DNA of 64,000 nt from the NCBI GenBank assembly GCA_027045015.1, contig JALUBF010000023.1, positions 1,713 to 65,712 of the forward strand. Direction: 5' to 3'. This DNA is from Sulfurovum sp. GTDB lineage: Bacteria; Campylobacterota; Campylobacteria; Campylobacterales; Sulfurovaceae. The position numbers and the translations under genes are program-made. Positions 52,579 through 62,775 of this stretch are shown one piece after another (position 1 is the first letter of the stretch; every line of letters begins with the position of its first letter). The notes under the pieces are model-generated. The model was not told the origin of the DNA, ran no database searches, and saw only the letters and a program-made list of their open reading frames with translations.

Positions 52579-53145
52579 ATGGCTATAGAAGATAAAATAC
52601 GTTGGAATGAGAAACACTCTAAAAATATGATGCCACAAGAGCCTATAGAGCTTATAAAAAAATATGCGTCTTTTAATGATGGTAAAAAAGCTTTGGATAT
52701 AGCTTGTGGTAATGGTAGACATAGTAGATATTTAGCTTCACTTGGATTTGAAGTAGATGCTTTAGATATATCATCAGTTGCTATAGAACAACTTAAAGAT
52801 GTAGATAAGATAAATCCTTTAGAGGTTGATTTTGATAACTATATATTAGCCTCAAATAGCTACGATATCATAGTATGTACATACTTCCTTGAACGTAAAC
52901 TATTTCCTCAAATGATAAAAGCACTTAAACCAAATGGTATCTTAATAATAGAGACTTTTTTAGATGATGAAGCTAATGAGCGTAAACCTTCAAATCCCAC
53001 ATTTAGACTTAAAGATGGTGAGTTAGAAGAGTATTTTGGAGATAAATTGAAGATAATTGAAATCTCAAAATATTTAGCTAAAGATTATAGAGGGTTCAAT
53101 ACTATGAAAACTCATATGGTAGCAATGAAAAATAATACTATTTAA
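52579..53145 (+). CDS. Class I SAM-dependent methyltransferase (TehB-like)
   Basis: LDIACGNGRH, DISSVAI, LKPNG. Confidence 0.85.
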   Translation: MAIEDKIRWNEKHSKNMMPQEPIELIKKYASFNDGKKALDIACGNGRHSRYLASLGFEVDALDISSVAIEQLKDVDKINPLEVDFDNYILASNSYDIIVCTYFLERKLFPQMIKALKPNGILIIETFLDDEANERKPSNPTFRLKDGELEEYFGDKLKIIEISKYLAKDYRGFNTMKTHMVAMKNNTI

Positions 53146-54919
53146 AATAACCATGTTTATATAGCCATTTATATATATTTGCAACTATAGGTCCTACTGT
53201 ACTTCCTCCATGCCCTCCATGCTCTACTAACATAGTGACAACTATTTTTGGATTGCTATATGGAGCATATGTTGTAAGCCAAGCGTGAGAACGTCTTAGA
53301 TATGACAATTCTGACTCTTTTAGACGTTTCTTTGTAGCCTGTGGGATAGATGTTACTTGAGATGTTCCTGTTTTACCTGCTACAACAATAGGTAAATTTT
53401 TCATTGTTTTAAATGCTGTACCACTTTTAGTATTACATACATCATACATACCTAGTCTTATCTCACTTAAATGGATTTTATTGAATGACATTTGTTTTAT
53501 CTCAGGTTTTATAACTTTTCCATCTACCACTCTAGCCATATGAGGAGTAGGTAGGGATGATGTAGCCACCATACTTGTATAACGAGCTATCTGCAAAGGT
53601 GTAACAAGATCATACCCCTGCCCTATTGCAGCTATAACAGTTTCTCCTTTATACCATGGCTGTTTATATCGTCTCATTTTCCACTCTTTATCTGGTATAA
53701 TACCTGAATATTCTCGTGGTAAATCTACCCCTGTTTTTACACCTAAACCAAAAGAGCGAAGATTTTTAGCCATAGCATCTATACCTACTTTTAAACTCTT
53801 CTTATAAAAATATACATCACACGACTCACGTATAGCACGTCTCAAGGAAACGATACCATGCCCCCAACGATCCCAACATCTAAATTTATGTTTACTATGT
53901 CCTATAGTAATATATCCATTACATTTCTCATCTGTATCTAAAACTGATGGTTTAGCTTTAGAAAAAGCCAATGCCATAGCCATTTTAATACTTGAACCTG
54001 GAGGATATGTACCATGTATAAATTTATTTGTAAATGGATGATGTATATCATCTTGAAGAGCTTTCCAATTTTTAAAACTGATACCTCCAACAAACATATT
54101 TGGATCATATGAAGGATAAGATACAGCAGCAAGGATCTCACCATTAGTTTTCATAACAATAGCTACCCCAGTATATTTTCCAAAACTTTTATAAATCATC
54201 TTTTGTAAATCAATATCTATATTGAGTGATATATTTCTATTATCTTTAGGATCTTTTTTATCTAATACTTCTATAGCTTGATTGGTTGCTGTTACTTTAT
54301 TTAGAACATAACCTAAGTCACCCTCCAATACTTTATTGTAATAGCGTTCTATACCACTTTTCCCTGTTTTCCCAACCTCATTAACAACTATATCTTTTTT
54401 ATTCTCTTTTTTGTTTGATTTACCTGTATATCCTACAATATGTGCACCATAACGTCCATAAGGATAATAACGCTTTGTCTCTGCTTCAATTTTTATATCT
54501 TTAGATAAGCTAAGTTTCGGATACTTACCCATCATATCTGAATAGTGTATAAAATCTACAACTTTTATATATTTATGATTATATGGTGAATTATGCTTTT
54601 TATAAACTTTTAGCATTACTGTTCTATTTAAATCAGGAAAAGTATCTATAAGTACAGATATAGCATTATTAAGTCTATTATGTTTATTATTTAAATTCGG
54701 AGCTATAGATAGTGAAAATCCTATCTGATTCATAGCTAACAATTTACCATTTCTATCGGTTATCTCTCCACGTATAGGTTTTAAAAACTCTTTTCTTTCA
54801 ATATTTGCTTTAGCTAATGCTTTATAATAAAAATTTGATTTTATACTTATATGATAGAGACGTGTTAACATCAATACCCAAAATGCTATAAAAATAAAAA
54901 TTATAAACTTGTATCTCAT
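53138..54919 (-). CDS. mrdA: Penicillin-binding protein 2
   Basis: RGEITDRNG, PGSSIK (SxxK), SCD (SxN variant), KTGTSQ. Confidence 0.95.
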   Translation of the reverse strand: MRYKFIIFIFIAFWVLMLTRLYHISIKSNFYYKALAKANIERKEFLKPIRGEITDRNGKLLAMNQIGFSLSIAPNLNNKHNRLNNAISVLIDTFPDLNRTVMLKVYKKHNSPYNHKYIKVVDFIHYSDMMGKYPKLSLSKDIKIEAETKRYYPYGRYGAHIVGYTGKSNKKENKKDIVVNEVGKTGKSGIERYYNKVLEGDLGYVLNKVTATNQAIEVLDKKDPKDNRNISLNIDIDLQKMIYKSFGKYTGVAIVMKTNGEILAAVSYPSYDPNMFVGGISFKNWKALQDDIHHPFTNKFIHGTYPPGSSIKMAMALAFSKAKPSVLDTDEKCNGYITIGHSKHKFRCWDRWGHGIVSLRRAIRESCDVYFYKKSLKVGIDAMAKNLRSFGLGVKTGVDLPREYSGIIPDKEWKMRRYKQPWYKGETVIAAIGQGYDLVTPLQIARYTSMVATSSLPTPHMARVVDGKVIKPEIKQMSFNKIHLSEIRLGMYDVCNTKSGTAFKTMKNLPIVVAGKTGTSQVTSIPQATKKRLKESELSYLRRSHAWLTTYAPYSNPKIVVTMLVEHGGHGGSTVGPIVANIYKWLYKHGYFK

Positions 54920-55371
54920 ATAATCATCACCATTAATATATCTACAATTAAAGAATATATAAGTATTTTATCAAATACTATACTCTGAGTCTCAAAAATA
55001 AAATCAAATAATAAAATAGAACTAAAATATATAAAATCCAATAATATTACACCTAAAATAGCTTTGCATAATATACACTCACCAAATTGACGTAAATATG
55101 GGAAGATAATAAGATAAAAAAGTAAAGCTATTATCAGCATTAAAAAAATAGGTAAATTTAGATTTACTTCTAAATTAATCATATATATTGTAGCCAATAA
55201 CATATTTACCCAACTATTTTTTTCAAGAGCATCTACGAATATATATAATACCAATCCTATTAAAAGTGGTAAAAATACATATATTGAAATTAACATTGGA
55301 TAAAATATTATAAATGATAATATTATTATATAATAGATTATACTATGTTTTTTATATATTCCAAAAGACAT
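54916..55371 (-). CDS. Membrane protein, probable MreD counterpart
   Basis: Very hydrophobic, about 5 TM helices; overlaps the mrdA start. MreD identity is inferred from position only. Confidence 0.6.
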   Translation of the reverse strand: MSFGIYKKHSIIYYIIILSFIIFYPMLISIYVFLPLLIGLVLYIFVDALEKNSWVNMLLATIYMINLEVNLNLPIFLMLIIALLFYLIIFPYLRQFGECILCKAILGVILLDFIYFSSILLFDFIFETQSIVFDKILIYSLIVDILMVMII

Positions 55372-55382
55372 ATTTATATATA

Positions 55383-55850
55383 TTATCTTTGAACTTTATA
55401 AATAAGAGCTATCTCATTACATACAGGGAAATGGATACACTTTATACAATCTGCCCATATCTTATGCTCTGGTATTAACTCTTTATCTATCTCTTTAAAT
55501 TTTAACTTTTCAAAAAATTTAGGAGAATAAGTTAAAACTAAAACATCTTCTTCAACTCCTAAAGTTTTAGCCTCCTGAAGTGTAAACTCAACCATCTTTT
55601 TACCTATATTCTCTCCACGATAATCTTTATGAACAATAAGACTTCGTATCTCAGCTAAACGTTTTGAGTGTATATGAAGTGCTGTATATCCAACCAGTTT
55701 CTCTCTATCTTTAGCTAAGACATAAGAGCGTATATTTGTTGCTACCTCATCTTCATTACGATTAAGTATAACACCATTTTGAACTTCATCTTCTACTAAC
55801 TTCTGCATAGCAGAAATATCTGCTAAAGTTGCTTTAACTAAAGTTATCAT
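55383..55850 (-). CDS. GNAT N-acetyltransferase (short N-acetylglutamate synthase-like)
   Basis: LAEIRSL, VLTY...FF, HKIWADCIKC.HFPVCNE. Confidence 0.85.
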   Translation of the reverse strand: MITLVKATLADISAMQKLVEDEVQNGVILNRNEDEVATNIRSYVLAKDREKLVGYTALHIHSKRLAEIRSLIVHKDYRGENIGKKMVEFTLQEAKTLGVEEDVLVLTYSPKFFEKLKFKEIDKELIPEHKIWADCIKCIHFPVCNEIALIYKVQR

Positions 55851-56485
55851 TATGCATCTTCTTGTTTACTATTTGAATTGTATTCTACACCAAATATAGT
55901 CTGTAAAATATTTTGATGCACTCTACTATGCCCATTCTTCTTTAAATTTGAAATAGTAATAGATTCAGGAAATTCACGTTTTAGCTTACTTCTCTCTTTT
56001 TGATTTAGCTTATCTATCTTTGTAAAAACTGTCAAATATTTTTGATCAGGACGGATAAACTCAGAGATATACGCTTCAACATCATCATCTATCTTTGCAT
56101 GAGGGTGTCTTGCATCTCTAAGATGAATAAATAGACGTATAGATACACGATGCTGAATAAACTCAACTAAGTTCTTCTGCCATACCTCTTTTAAAGATTT
56201 TGAAACTTTTGCATATCCAAAACCAGGGAGATCTACAAAACGTACAGGGTAGCTCTCTTCATTGTATAGATATCTAGTCTCAAAAAAGTTTATTAGCTGT
56301 GTTTTCCCTGGAGTAGCAGATGATTTGGCTAAATTTTTTCTTTGTGTCAAACCATTTAATGTTGAACTTTTACCAACATTTGAACGCCCTAAAAATACTA
56401 CTTCACTCATATCTTCAGGAAGCGAATCTGCTATACTTTGTGCTGATTTTATAAAGTTTGCTTCTACTATACGTGGTGTACTCAT
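55850..56485 (-). CDS. engB: Ribosome biogenesis GTPase YihA/YsxC
   Basis: GRSNVGKSS, PGKTQ, DLPGFG, TKIDK. Confidence 0.96.
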   Translation of the reverse strand: MSTPRIVEANFIKSAQSIADSLPEDMSEVVFLGRSNVGKSSTLNGLTQRKNLAKSSATPGKTQLINFFETRYLYNEESYPVRFVDLPGFGYAKVSKSLKEVWQKNLVEFIQHRVSIRLFIHLRDARHPHAKIDDDVEAYISEFIRPDQKYLTVFTKIDKLNQKERSKLKREFPESITISNLKKNGHSRVHQNILQTIFGVEYNSNSKQEDA

Positions 56486-56949
56486 TTTTTACTCTCCATA
56501 TCAAAAATAAATTTTACAGGTCTCTTATGTGAACCATTAATCTTTGCATTACCTTTTAAAAGATCTAAAACAATCTCTTCACCTTTTAAATAACGTTTAT
56601 TTTTAACATCATTTACTACAGCTTTACCTTTTAAGATATATAATGATTTTAAAGGATAATATGTCACTTTATGAGCATGACCTTTATAATAATGTCTTGA
56701 ATCTCTAAACTCAAAAGTTACTCTACCAATTGCTTCATATTTATTGGTTCTGTTATTATCATTAAAATATACTATGATTTTATTGGAATGTAACCAATTC
56801 TTATCATTTTTTATCTTGGCATTACCTATAAAATAGACCTTTTTCTCTAAATTTACAGCCTTCATTGAATCTGATGTAACTTCTACCTTTTGAGCATATC
56901 CTATATGACCCAAAAGCAAAAAAGTTAAAATTATTTTAAATAAATTCAA
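56482..56949 (-). CDS. lptA: LPS transport periplasmic protein LptA
   Basis: Signal peptide, OstA-type beta-jellyroll pattern, kdsC-lptC-lptA context. Confidence 0.85.
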   Translation of the reverse strand: MNLFKIILTFLLLGHIGYAQKVEVTSDSMKAVNLEKKVYFIGNAKIKNDKNWLHSNKIIVYFNDNNRTNKYEAIGRVTFEFRDSRHYYKGHAHKVTYYPLKSLYILKGKAVVNDVKNKRYLKGEEIVLDLLKGNAKINGSHKRPVKFIFDMESKK

Positions 56950-56979
56950 TATAGCTCCTTATTATAATTTATGATTATA

Positions 56980-57495
56980 TCATTTTTTAGGGGTATAAAA
57001 AATACCATCTATTTTTTTAGCAGATATATCTCTTAAAGATGTATTATACACTAATGTTTTACCTTTAAAAATATTTTTATCTCTTGAAAGTATAAAAGGT
57101 GATGTTATATACAAAATCTGATTTTTTTGATTATAATAAGCATGTTGAGTCTTATACTCTGTTCCCTGATTATCTTTCATAAAAACATCATTATCAAGAT
57201 ATATAAAATCTTTTATATACTTAGCACTTTTAGCATATAAATATTTTATATTATCATTATGATATTTAATATTACGCATATTAAGTACTCCGTATTTATC
57301 TCTTACCCCATAAGTAGTATATGCTTGACCCAATAGATGTTTTGTATCTACTTGAGTAAGAGTTGTATTTGTAAACTCAATCTCTTTTGAAAAATCACTT
57401 ATCTTGCTATTACCATTTTCTAATTTTACATTAAATGATACAAGTATGATTAAAACTGTTATTAGTAAAAGCAACCACTCTAATCTCAATCCCAT
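56980..57495 (-). CDS. lptC: LPS export protein LptC
   Basis: Single N-terminal TM plus beta-rich domain; lies between kdsC and lptA. Confidence 0.75.
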   Translation of the reverse strand: MGLRLEWLLLLITVLIILVSFNVKLENGNSKISDFSKEIEFTNTTLTQVDTKHLLGQAYTTYGVRDKYGVLNMRNIKYHNDNIKYLYAKSAKYIKDFIYLDNDVFMKDNQGTEYKTQHAYYNQKNQILYITSPFILSRDKNIFKGKTLVYNTSLRDISAKKIDGIFYTPKK

Positions 57496-57983
57496 AACTC
57501 CAGATATTTAGACTCTAGTCCCTCTTTTACTATAAGTTCTTCTATCATCTCTCTAACAGCACCATCTCCACCTTTTTTATCTAACACTACATTGGCTATA
57601 TTTTCTACATAAATACTAGCATTTCTTGGAACAAAAGATATTTGAACAGATTTAAGCATTTGTAAATCATTTAAATCATCTCCTATAGCTGCTACCATAC
57701 TCATATCTAAATCTAACTTCTCAAGAAGATTTTCAAGTACCTCTTTTTTATTCTCAACACCTTGATAAAAATGCTCTATATGAAGCTCTTTTGCTCGTTT
57801 TGCAACTATTTTAGAGCTTCTTCCTGTTATGATAGCTACTTGTTTACCTAGTTTTCTCCAAGAGGCTATAGCTAAACCATCTTTAACATTAAAAGATTTT
57901 ACCTCATCACCATTTTCACTATATGTTATACGCCCATCTGTCATTGTACCATCAACATCAAGGACTATTAGTTCTATGCTCAT
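57486..57983 (-). CDS. kdsC: KDO-8-phosphate phosphatase
   Basis: LDVDGTMTDG, FNVKDG, IITGR, GDDLND, GGDGAVRE. Confidence 0.95.
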   Translation of the reverse strand: MSIELIVLDVDGTMTDGRITYSENGDEVKSFNVKDGLAIASWRKLGKQVAIITGRSSKIVAKRAKELHIEHFYQGVENKKEVLENLLEKLDLDMSMVAAIGDDLNDLQMLKSVQISFVPRNASIYVENIANVVLDKKGGDGAVREMIEELIVKEGLESKYLELWD

Positions 57984-58552
57984 AGTACACCTTTTGTACT
58001 TGGTATTCCTGCATTATCATTTTTAGATACTGCTCTTCTTAATGCAACAGCTAAAGCTTTAAATGATGCTTCTATAATATGGTGCTTATTTCTACCACGA
58101 TTATATACTAAATGTAAAGTTAAAGGTAAATTGAATGTAAATGCTTTAAAAAACTCCTCTACAAGTTCAACATCAAAAGTACCAACCTTCCCTTCTATAG
58201 GTAATTCAAAAACAAGATATGCTCTATTGGATAGGTCAATATCACAAGTTACACTAGCTTCATCCATAACAACAGTAGCATTACCAAAACGCTCAATATT
58301 TTCTACTGGATATATAGCTTTTTTAAGTGCTTCACCTATAACTATGGCTACATCTTCAACCGTATGATGATCATCTATATGAGTATCGCCATTACATGTT
58401 ACTTCCATATCCATATGTGAATGCTTAGTAAAAGCCTCAAGCATATGATCATAAAATCCAACACCTGTATTGATATTGGCTCTACCTGTACCATAAAGAT
58501 TTAACTTTACATTTATTTGAGTCTCTCTTGTTACTCTATCTACTTCTATCAT
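57980..58552 (-). CDS. hisB: Imidazoleglycerol-phosphate dehydratase
   Basis: DDHHTVED, MDEA, NKHHIIEASFKA, IPSTKGVL. Confidence 0.97.
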   Translation of the reverse strand: MIEVDRVTRETQINVKLNLYGTGRANINTGVGFYDHMLEAFTKHSHMDMEVTCNGDTHIDDHHTVEDVAIVIGEALKKAIYPVENIERFGNATVVMDEASVTCDIDLSNRAYLVFELPIEGKVGTFDVELVEEFFKAFTFNLPLTLHLVYNRGRNKHHIIEASFKALAVALRRAVSKNDNAGIPSTKGVL

Positions 58553-58566
58553 TCTTTTTCCTAATT

Positions 58567-59319
58567 TTAGTTTCGTACTGTAAATGCACCATATAGATTG
58601 TGACTATTTTTAAAGTCATCTGCCTCTTCTTCTGAACTAAATCCCATTAACCATATACGATATAGTGGCTCATCATCAACAATAAAACGTTTTATAATGG
58701 TTTTATGATTTTCATATCTATTTGCATAAGTATCTCTAATATGTTTAGCCCCTTCATATCTTCTAAATGCTCCAACTTGGATACCAAAATTTGAGAGATG
58801 AATACGTTTAATTTTATTTTCTTTTATATCTCTTTTTATTCTTGCTGAGGACTCAACCTTACCTGAAAAGCCAACAATTTCAAGAGATACTCTAGCTATA
58901 CCCATCTTGTCTAATCCAAGCTCTTTACCAGCAGTATATGAACAGTCTATAATACGACCTCTAACAAAAGGACCTCTATCATTTATGCGAACTATTGTAC
59001 TCTTTCCATTTTGAAGGTTTGTTACTCTTACCATGGTATTCATAGGCCAAGTTTTATGAGCAGCTGTCTTTGCATACATATTATATACTTCACCATTACT
59101 TGTATATTTACCATGGAAATTTGGACCATACCAAGAAGATGTACCTTTCATAACATCTCCAACAGAGACATAAGTAGGTCTATATCTTTTACCTAAAACT
59201 TTATAAGGTCTCATTGTTGCTTTATTGCGTGATGGATTAGATAAATCATATCTTTTCTGAGAACAACCAGTAAAGAAAAAAACTCCAAACAATAGACTAA
59301 AAACTAAAAACTTTTTCAT
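58567..59319 (-). CDS. rlpA: Septal ring lytic transglycosylase RlpA (DPBB + SPOR) lipoprotein
   Basis: FTGC lipobox, SWYG..FHG, TAAHKT, RINDRGPF, SPOR IQVGAF; ATG 59319 preferred over TTG 59331. Confidence 0.94.
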   Translation of the reverse strand: MKKFLVFSLLFGVFFFTGCSQKRYDLSNPSRNKATMRPYKVLGKRYRPTYVSVGDVMKGTSSWYGPNFHGKYTSNGEVYNMYAKTAAHKTWPMNTMVRVTNLQNGKSTIVRINDRGPFVRGRIIDCSYTAGKELGLDKMGIARVSLEIVGFSGKVESSARIKRDIKENKIKRIHLSNFGIQVGAFRRYEGAKHIRDTYANRYENHKTIIKRFIVDDEPLYRIWLMGFSSEEEADDFKNSHNLYGAFTVRN

Positions 59320-59396
59320 AAATAGATCCAAATATATTTCATATAATTATTTATTATCACTTTATTTGACTTTATTTCTGCTTGAAATATCAAAAA

Positions 59397-60758
59397 CTAT
59401 TTTCTACTTTTTCTATTATCTTTTCTTTTATTCTCTTTCTCTTTTTTAGCATCAAAAACTTTAAATCCATCACGCTTTGTAGTTTTACGCTTCTTTGTTT
59501 TTGAAAATGTTGTAGATTTTTTTCTCTTTTTACCAAACGCACCATCTGCTTTTTTATACTCTTTAGTAGTTTGTCTTGCACCCTTTTGCTTCAACTCTAA
59601 CTTTGGTGCATAGTCATCTAACATAACCTTTTTTATAGCCTTACCCATAACTCTCTCTACATCTTTTAATGCTACCATTTCATTAGGAGATATAAGGGTG
59701 ATAGCCAAACCATTAGACCCAGCTCTTCCTGTACGTCCTATGCGATGTATGTAGTCATTTGTAACATGAGGAATATCATAATTTATAACCACTTCTAAAT
59801 TTGGTATGTCCAACCCTCTTGCAGCTATATCTGTGGCTACAAGTACACGAATATTACCACTTTTAAATCCATCTAAAGCTCTACTTCTCTCTCCTGAACT
59901 TCTTCCTCCATGTATAACCAATGTTTTAAGTCCAGATAGATTTAACTCCTTTGTAACATCATCTGCTACCTCTTTTTTTCTAGCAAATACTAAAACTTGT
60001 CTATAATTACGAGATCCAATAATGTATGAAAGAAGTTCCAATTTTTTATCTTTTTCCACTGGATAAACTACCTGATCAACTAAACTAGCTGTTGTACCCA
60101 TAGAATCTACTTCTATAAGTTTTGGTTTAGTCAATATCTGTTGAGCTAAACGCTTTACCGAACCAGAGAGTGTTGCTGATATAAGTACATTTTGACGACG
60201 CTGTGGAAGATGCGATATAATCTTGCTAACTTCATACAAAAAGCCCATATCCAAGATAGTGTCTGCTTCATCAAGTACCAGATAATCTACAGATTCTAGA
60301 TTTATATTTTTTTGATTTATATGCTCTAAAAGTCGTCCTGAAGTAGCCACTACAATATCTACTCCACTTTTTAGTCTATTTGCCTGAGAAGTAAGATTTG
60401 CTCCACCATAAAGTACCATACTCTTAAGTGGCAGATATTTACCATAAGCTTCTACAGACTCTGCTACTTGTTTAGCCAACTCACGAGTTGGTACTATGAT
60501 AACTGCTTTAAGATAGTGTCGCCCATCTACAAAATTTTTAGAGAGTTCTTGAAGTATAGGTATGGTAAAACCTGCTGTCTTACCTGTACCAGTTTGCGCT
60601 CCTGCCATTATATCAGCACCACTAAACATAGCAGGTATTAACTCCTTTTGTATAGAAGTAGCAAATTTATAACATCTATCTTCAAGAGCCTTTAAAATCC
60701 TATCATCAATTCCAAGTTCCAAAAAAGATACCATCTCATTTTTACTTCCAAATCCCAT
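59397..60758 (-). CDS. DEAD-box RNA helicase (RhlE-like) with basic C-terminal tail
   Basis: AQTGTGKT, PTRELA, DEAD, SAT, ARGLD, HRIGRTGR. Confidence 0.95.
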   Translation of the reverse strand: MGFGSKNEMVSFLELGIDDRILKALEDRCYKFATSIQKELIPAMFSGADIMAGAQTGTGKTAGFTIPILQELSKNFVDGRHYLKAVIIVPTRELAKQVAESVEAYGKYLPLKSMVLYGGANLTSQANRLKSGVDIVVATSGRLLEHINQKNINLESVDYLVLDEADTILDMGFLYEVSKIISHLPQRRQNVLISATLSGSVKRLAQQILTKPKLIEVDSMGTTASLVDQVVYPVEKDKKLELLSYIIGSRNYRQVLVFARKKEVADDVTKELNLSGLKTLVIHGGRSSGERSRALDGFKSGNIRVLVATDIAARGLDIPNLEVVINYDIPHVTNDYIHRIGRTGRAGSNGLAITLISPNEMVALKDVERVMGKAIKKVMLDDYAPKLELKQKGARQTTKEYKKADGAFGKKRKKSTTFSKTKKRKTTKRDGFKVFDAKKEKENKRKDNRKSRK

Positions 60759-60884
60759 AATAACCTCAATTCAAATATATTTTATATATTGTAACAAATT
60801 TCTTGATACTACCCCCCCATAAATCATTTATTTCTAATAAATTTTATGATATAAAACAACTAAACCATAACCATTAGGGAAAAA

Positions 60885-62771
60885 ATGTTATTAAAAAACT
60901 ATAGATATATTTTATATCTCATACTATCTATATCTTTTATATTTGCTATATATTCTGATATAAATCCTTATTTTAAGAAAATAAACACTAGAAAAATTTT
61001 AGATAATAAATTCAATAATTCATCTTATATAGAAAAACTTATAACGCTACTACAAGAAGAGAGAGGATTGAGTGTTATTTATCATACAGATAAAAAAGAT
61101 AATTTTCAAAAACTTTTAATGAAACAATATTTAAAAATAGATATGCTACTTCAAGATAAAAAAAATAGTAGTTCTTTTAAAGAAAAATTAAATTATATTA
61201 GAGAAAAAAATGTAAATATATTTGCAATATATACAAATCTTATAAAACAGCTTCTTGATAAAAATGAAAATCTAATTGTTAATACAGATAATTCATATAT
61301 TAAAGATAATCTTATTATCTATCAAAAACTAAACCTTATCCAAGAGTATTATGGTGAGTTAAGAGCGAAAATAGGGTCAATATTAGAAAAAAGATATAAT
61401 CATAAAAGTGATTTAGTAGCTATTGGCAAATTAAAAATTCTTATAGAATTTAATACTAATTATATAAAATTACTCGATAGTATCAAGCACTTAAAAATTA
61501 TTAATCATATTAATAATAAAAGTTATAACTTAAAAATAAACGTATTGATAGATAAGATTATAGACAATAAAAAGATACAACTTACTTCATTGCAATGGTA
61601 TGATTTATCAACTAGCAATATTAAAAATATAAATTCTATAGCTAAAGAGTTTTTTAAAAAAACTGTAGAAAAAAATAAAAATCTATACAAATCAGATATA
61701 AATAATATTATAATCCATTCTATATTTTGGATAACTATAGTATTTTTAACTTTGTATCTCTTATATACTATATACAAAACAGATCAAAAACTTGAAGAGA
61801 ACAATATTTTACTACAACAATATAAAGATACTATTGATTCAAGTACTATAGTATCTAAAACCAATGCATCAGGGGTAATCACCTACGCAAATGATGCTTT
61901 TTGTAAGATCTCAGGATATTCAATAGATGAACTAATAGGAAAATCTCACAATATTCTAAGACAACAAAAAACTCCTAAATCACTATTTAAAAATCTTTGG
62001 AGTACCATAAAAAGAGGTGAACGTTGGTATGGAGAATTTGAAAATAGAAATAAAAATGGTTCAAGCTACTGGGTACAGGCTACTATCTCTCCTATATATA
62101 ATAAAAATGGGGAGTTAGTAGAGTATATTGCTATCCGTAATGATATTACAAATCTATATCTCTTAAATGAGCAGATACGTAAAACTCAAGCTGAACTTAT
62201 ATATCGTGTAGGTGAAGCTGTGGAGTCAAGAAGTAAAGAGACAGGTAATCACGTTAGAAGAGTTGCCAACTACTCAAGCCTACTTGGAGAACTCTATGGA
62301 TTAGATAAAAAAGAGTGTGAAGAACTTGCTATATCATCAACTATGCATGACCTTGGTAAAATAGCTATACCTGATAGTATCTTACTCAAACCTGCAAAAC
62401 TAACTTATGATGAGTTTGAGATTATGAAAACCCATACAACAAAAGGTTATGAGATTTTAAAAGATTCATCTCTTTCTCTTCTTAAAACTTCTGCTGATAT
62501 AGCATATGAACATCACGAATATTATAATGGTGAAGGCTATCCTAGAGGTATAAAAGCTGAAGAGATTTCAATTTATGCACGGATTGTTGCCATTGCTGAT
62601 GTTTTTGATGCACTTTTATCAAAAAGAGTATATAAAGACTCTTGGAGTATTGAAGATGTTATCTCATACTTTAAAGAGAAAAAAGCACAACAGTTTGACC
62701 CTAAACTAACGGAACTTATGTTAGATAATATAGATAGCTTTTTAAAGATACATAAAAAGTATCAAGATTAA
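60885..62771 (+). CDS. Membrane-anchored NIT-PAS-HD-GYP c-di-GMP phosphodiesterase
   Basis: TM, LQEERGLS / QEYYGELRA (NIT), TM, Aer-type PAS, MHDLGK, HHEYYNGEGYP, ADVFDAL..KRVYK. Confidence 0.85.
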   Translation: MLLKNYRYILYLILSISFIFAIYSDINPYFKKINTRKILDNKFNNSSYIEKLITLLQEERGLSVIYHTDKKDNFQKLLMKQYLKIDMLLQDKKNSSSFKEKLNYIREKNVNIFAIYTNLIKQLLDKNENLIVNTDNSYIKDNLIIYQKLNLIQEYYGELRAKIGSILEKRYNHKSDLVAIGKLKILIEFNTNYIKLLDSIKHLKIINHINNKSYNLKINVLIDKIIDNKKIQLTSLQWYDLSTSNIKNINSIAKEFFKKTVEKNKNLYKSDINNIIIHSIFWITIVFLTLYLLYTIYKTDQKLEENNILLQQYKDTIDSSTIVSKTNASGVITYANDAFCKISGYSIDELIGKSHNILRQQKTPKSLFKNLWSTIKRGERWYGEFENRNKNGSSYWVQATISPIYNKNGELVEYIAIRNDITNLYLLNEQIRKTQAELIYRVGEAVESRSKETGNHVRRVANYSSLLGELYGLDKKECEELAISSTMHDLGKIAIPDSILLKPAKLTYDEFEIMKTHTTKGYEILKDSSLSLLKTSADIAYEHHEYYNGEGYPRGIKAEEISIYARIVAIADVFDALLSKRVYKDSWSIEDVISYFKEKKAQQFDPKLTELMLDNIDSFLKIHKKYQD

Positions 62772-62775
62772 CAAC

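Noticed and set aside
36430-55371. Split operons (mreBC apart from mreD-mrdA; carB without carA; purSQ without purL)
   Set aside because: This is the normal arrangement in Campylobacterota.
59390-59581. 63-aa basic ORF overlapping the helicase 3' end in another frame, as a possible frameshift product
   Set aside because: The helicase frame is intact to its own stop; A-rich Lys-coding DNA readily leaves alternative frames open.
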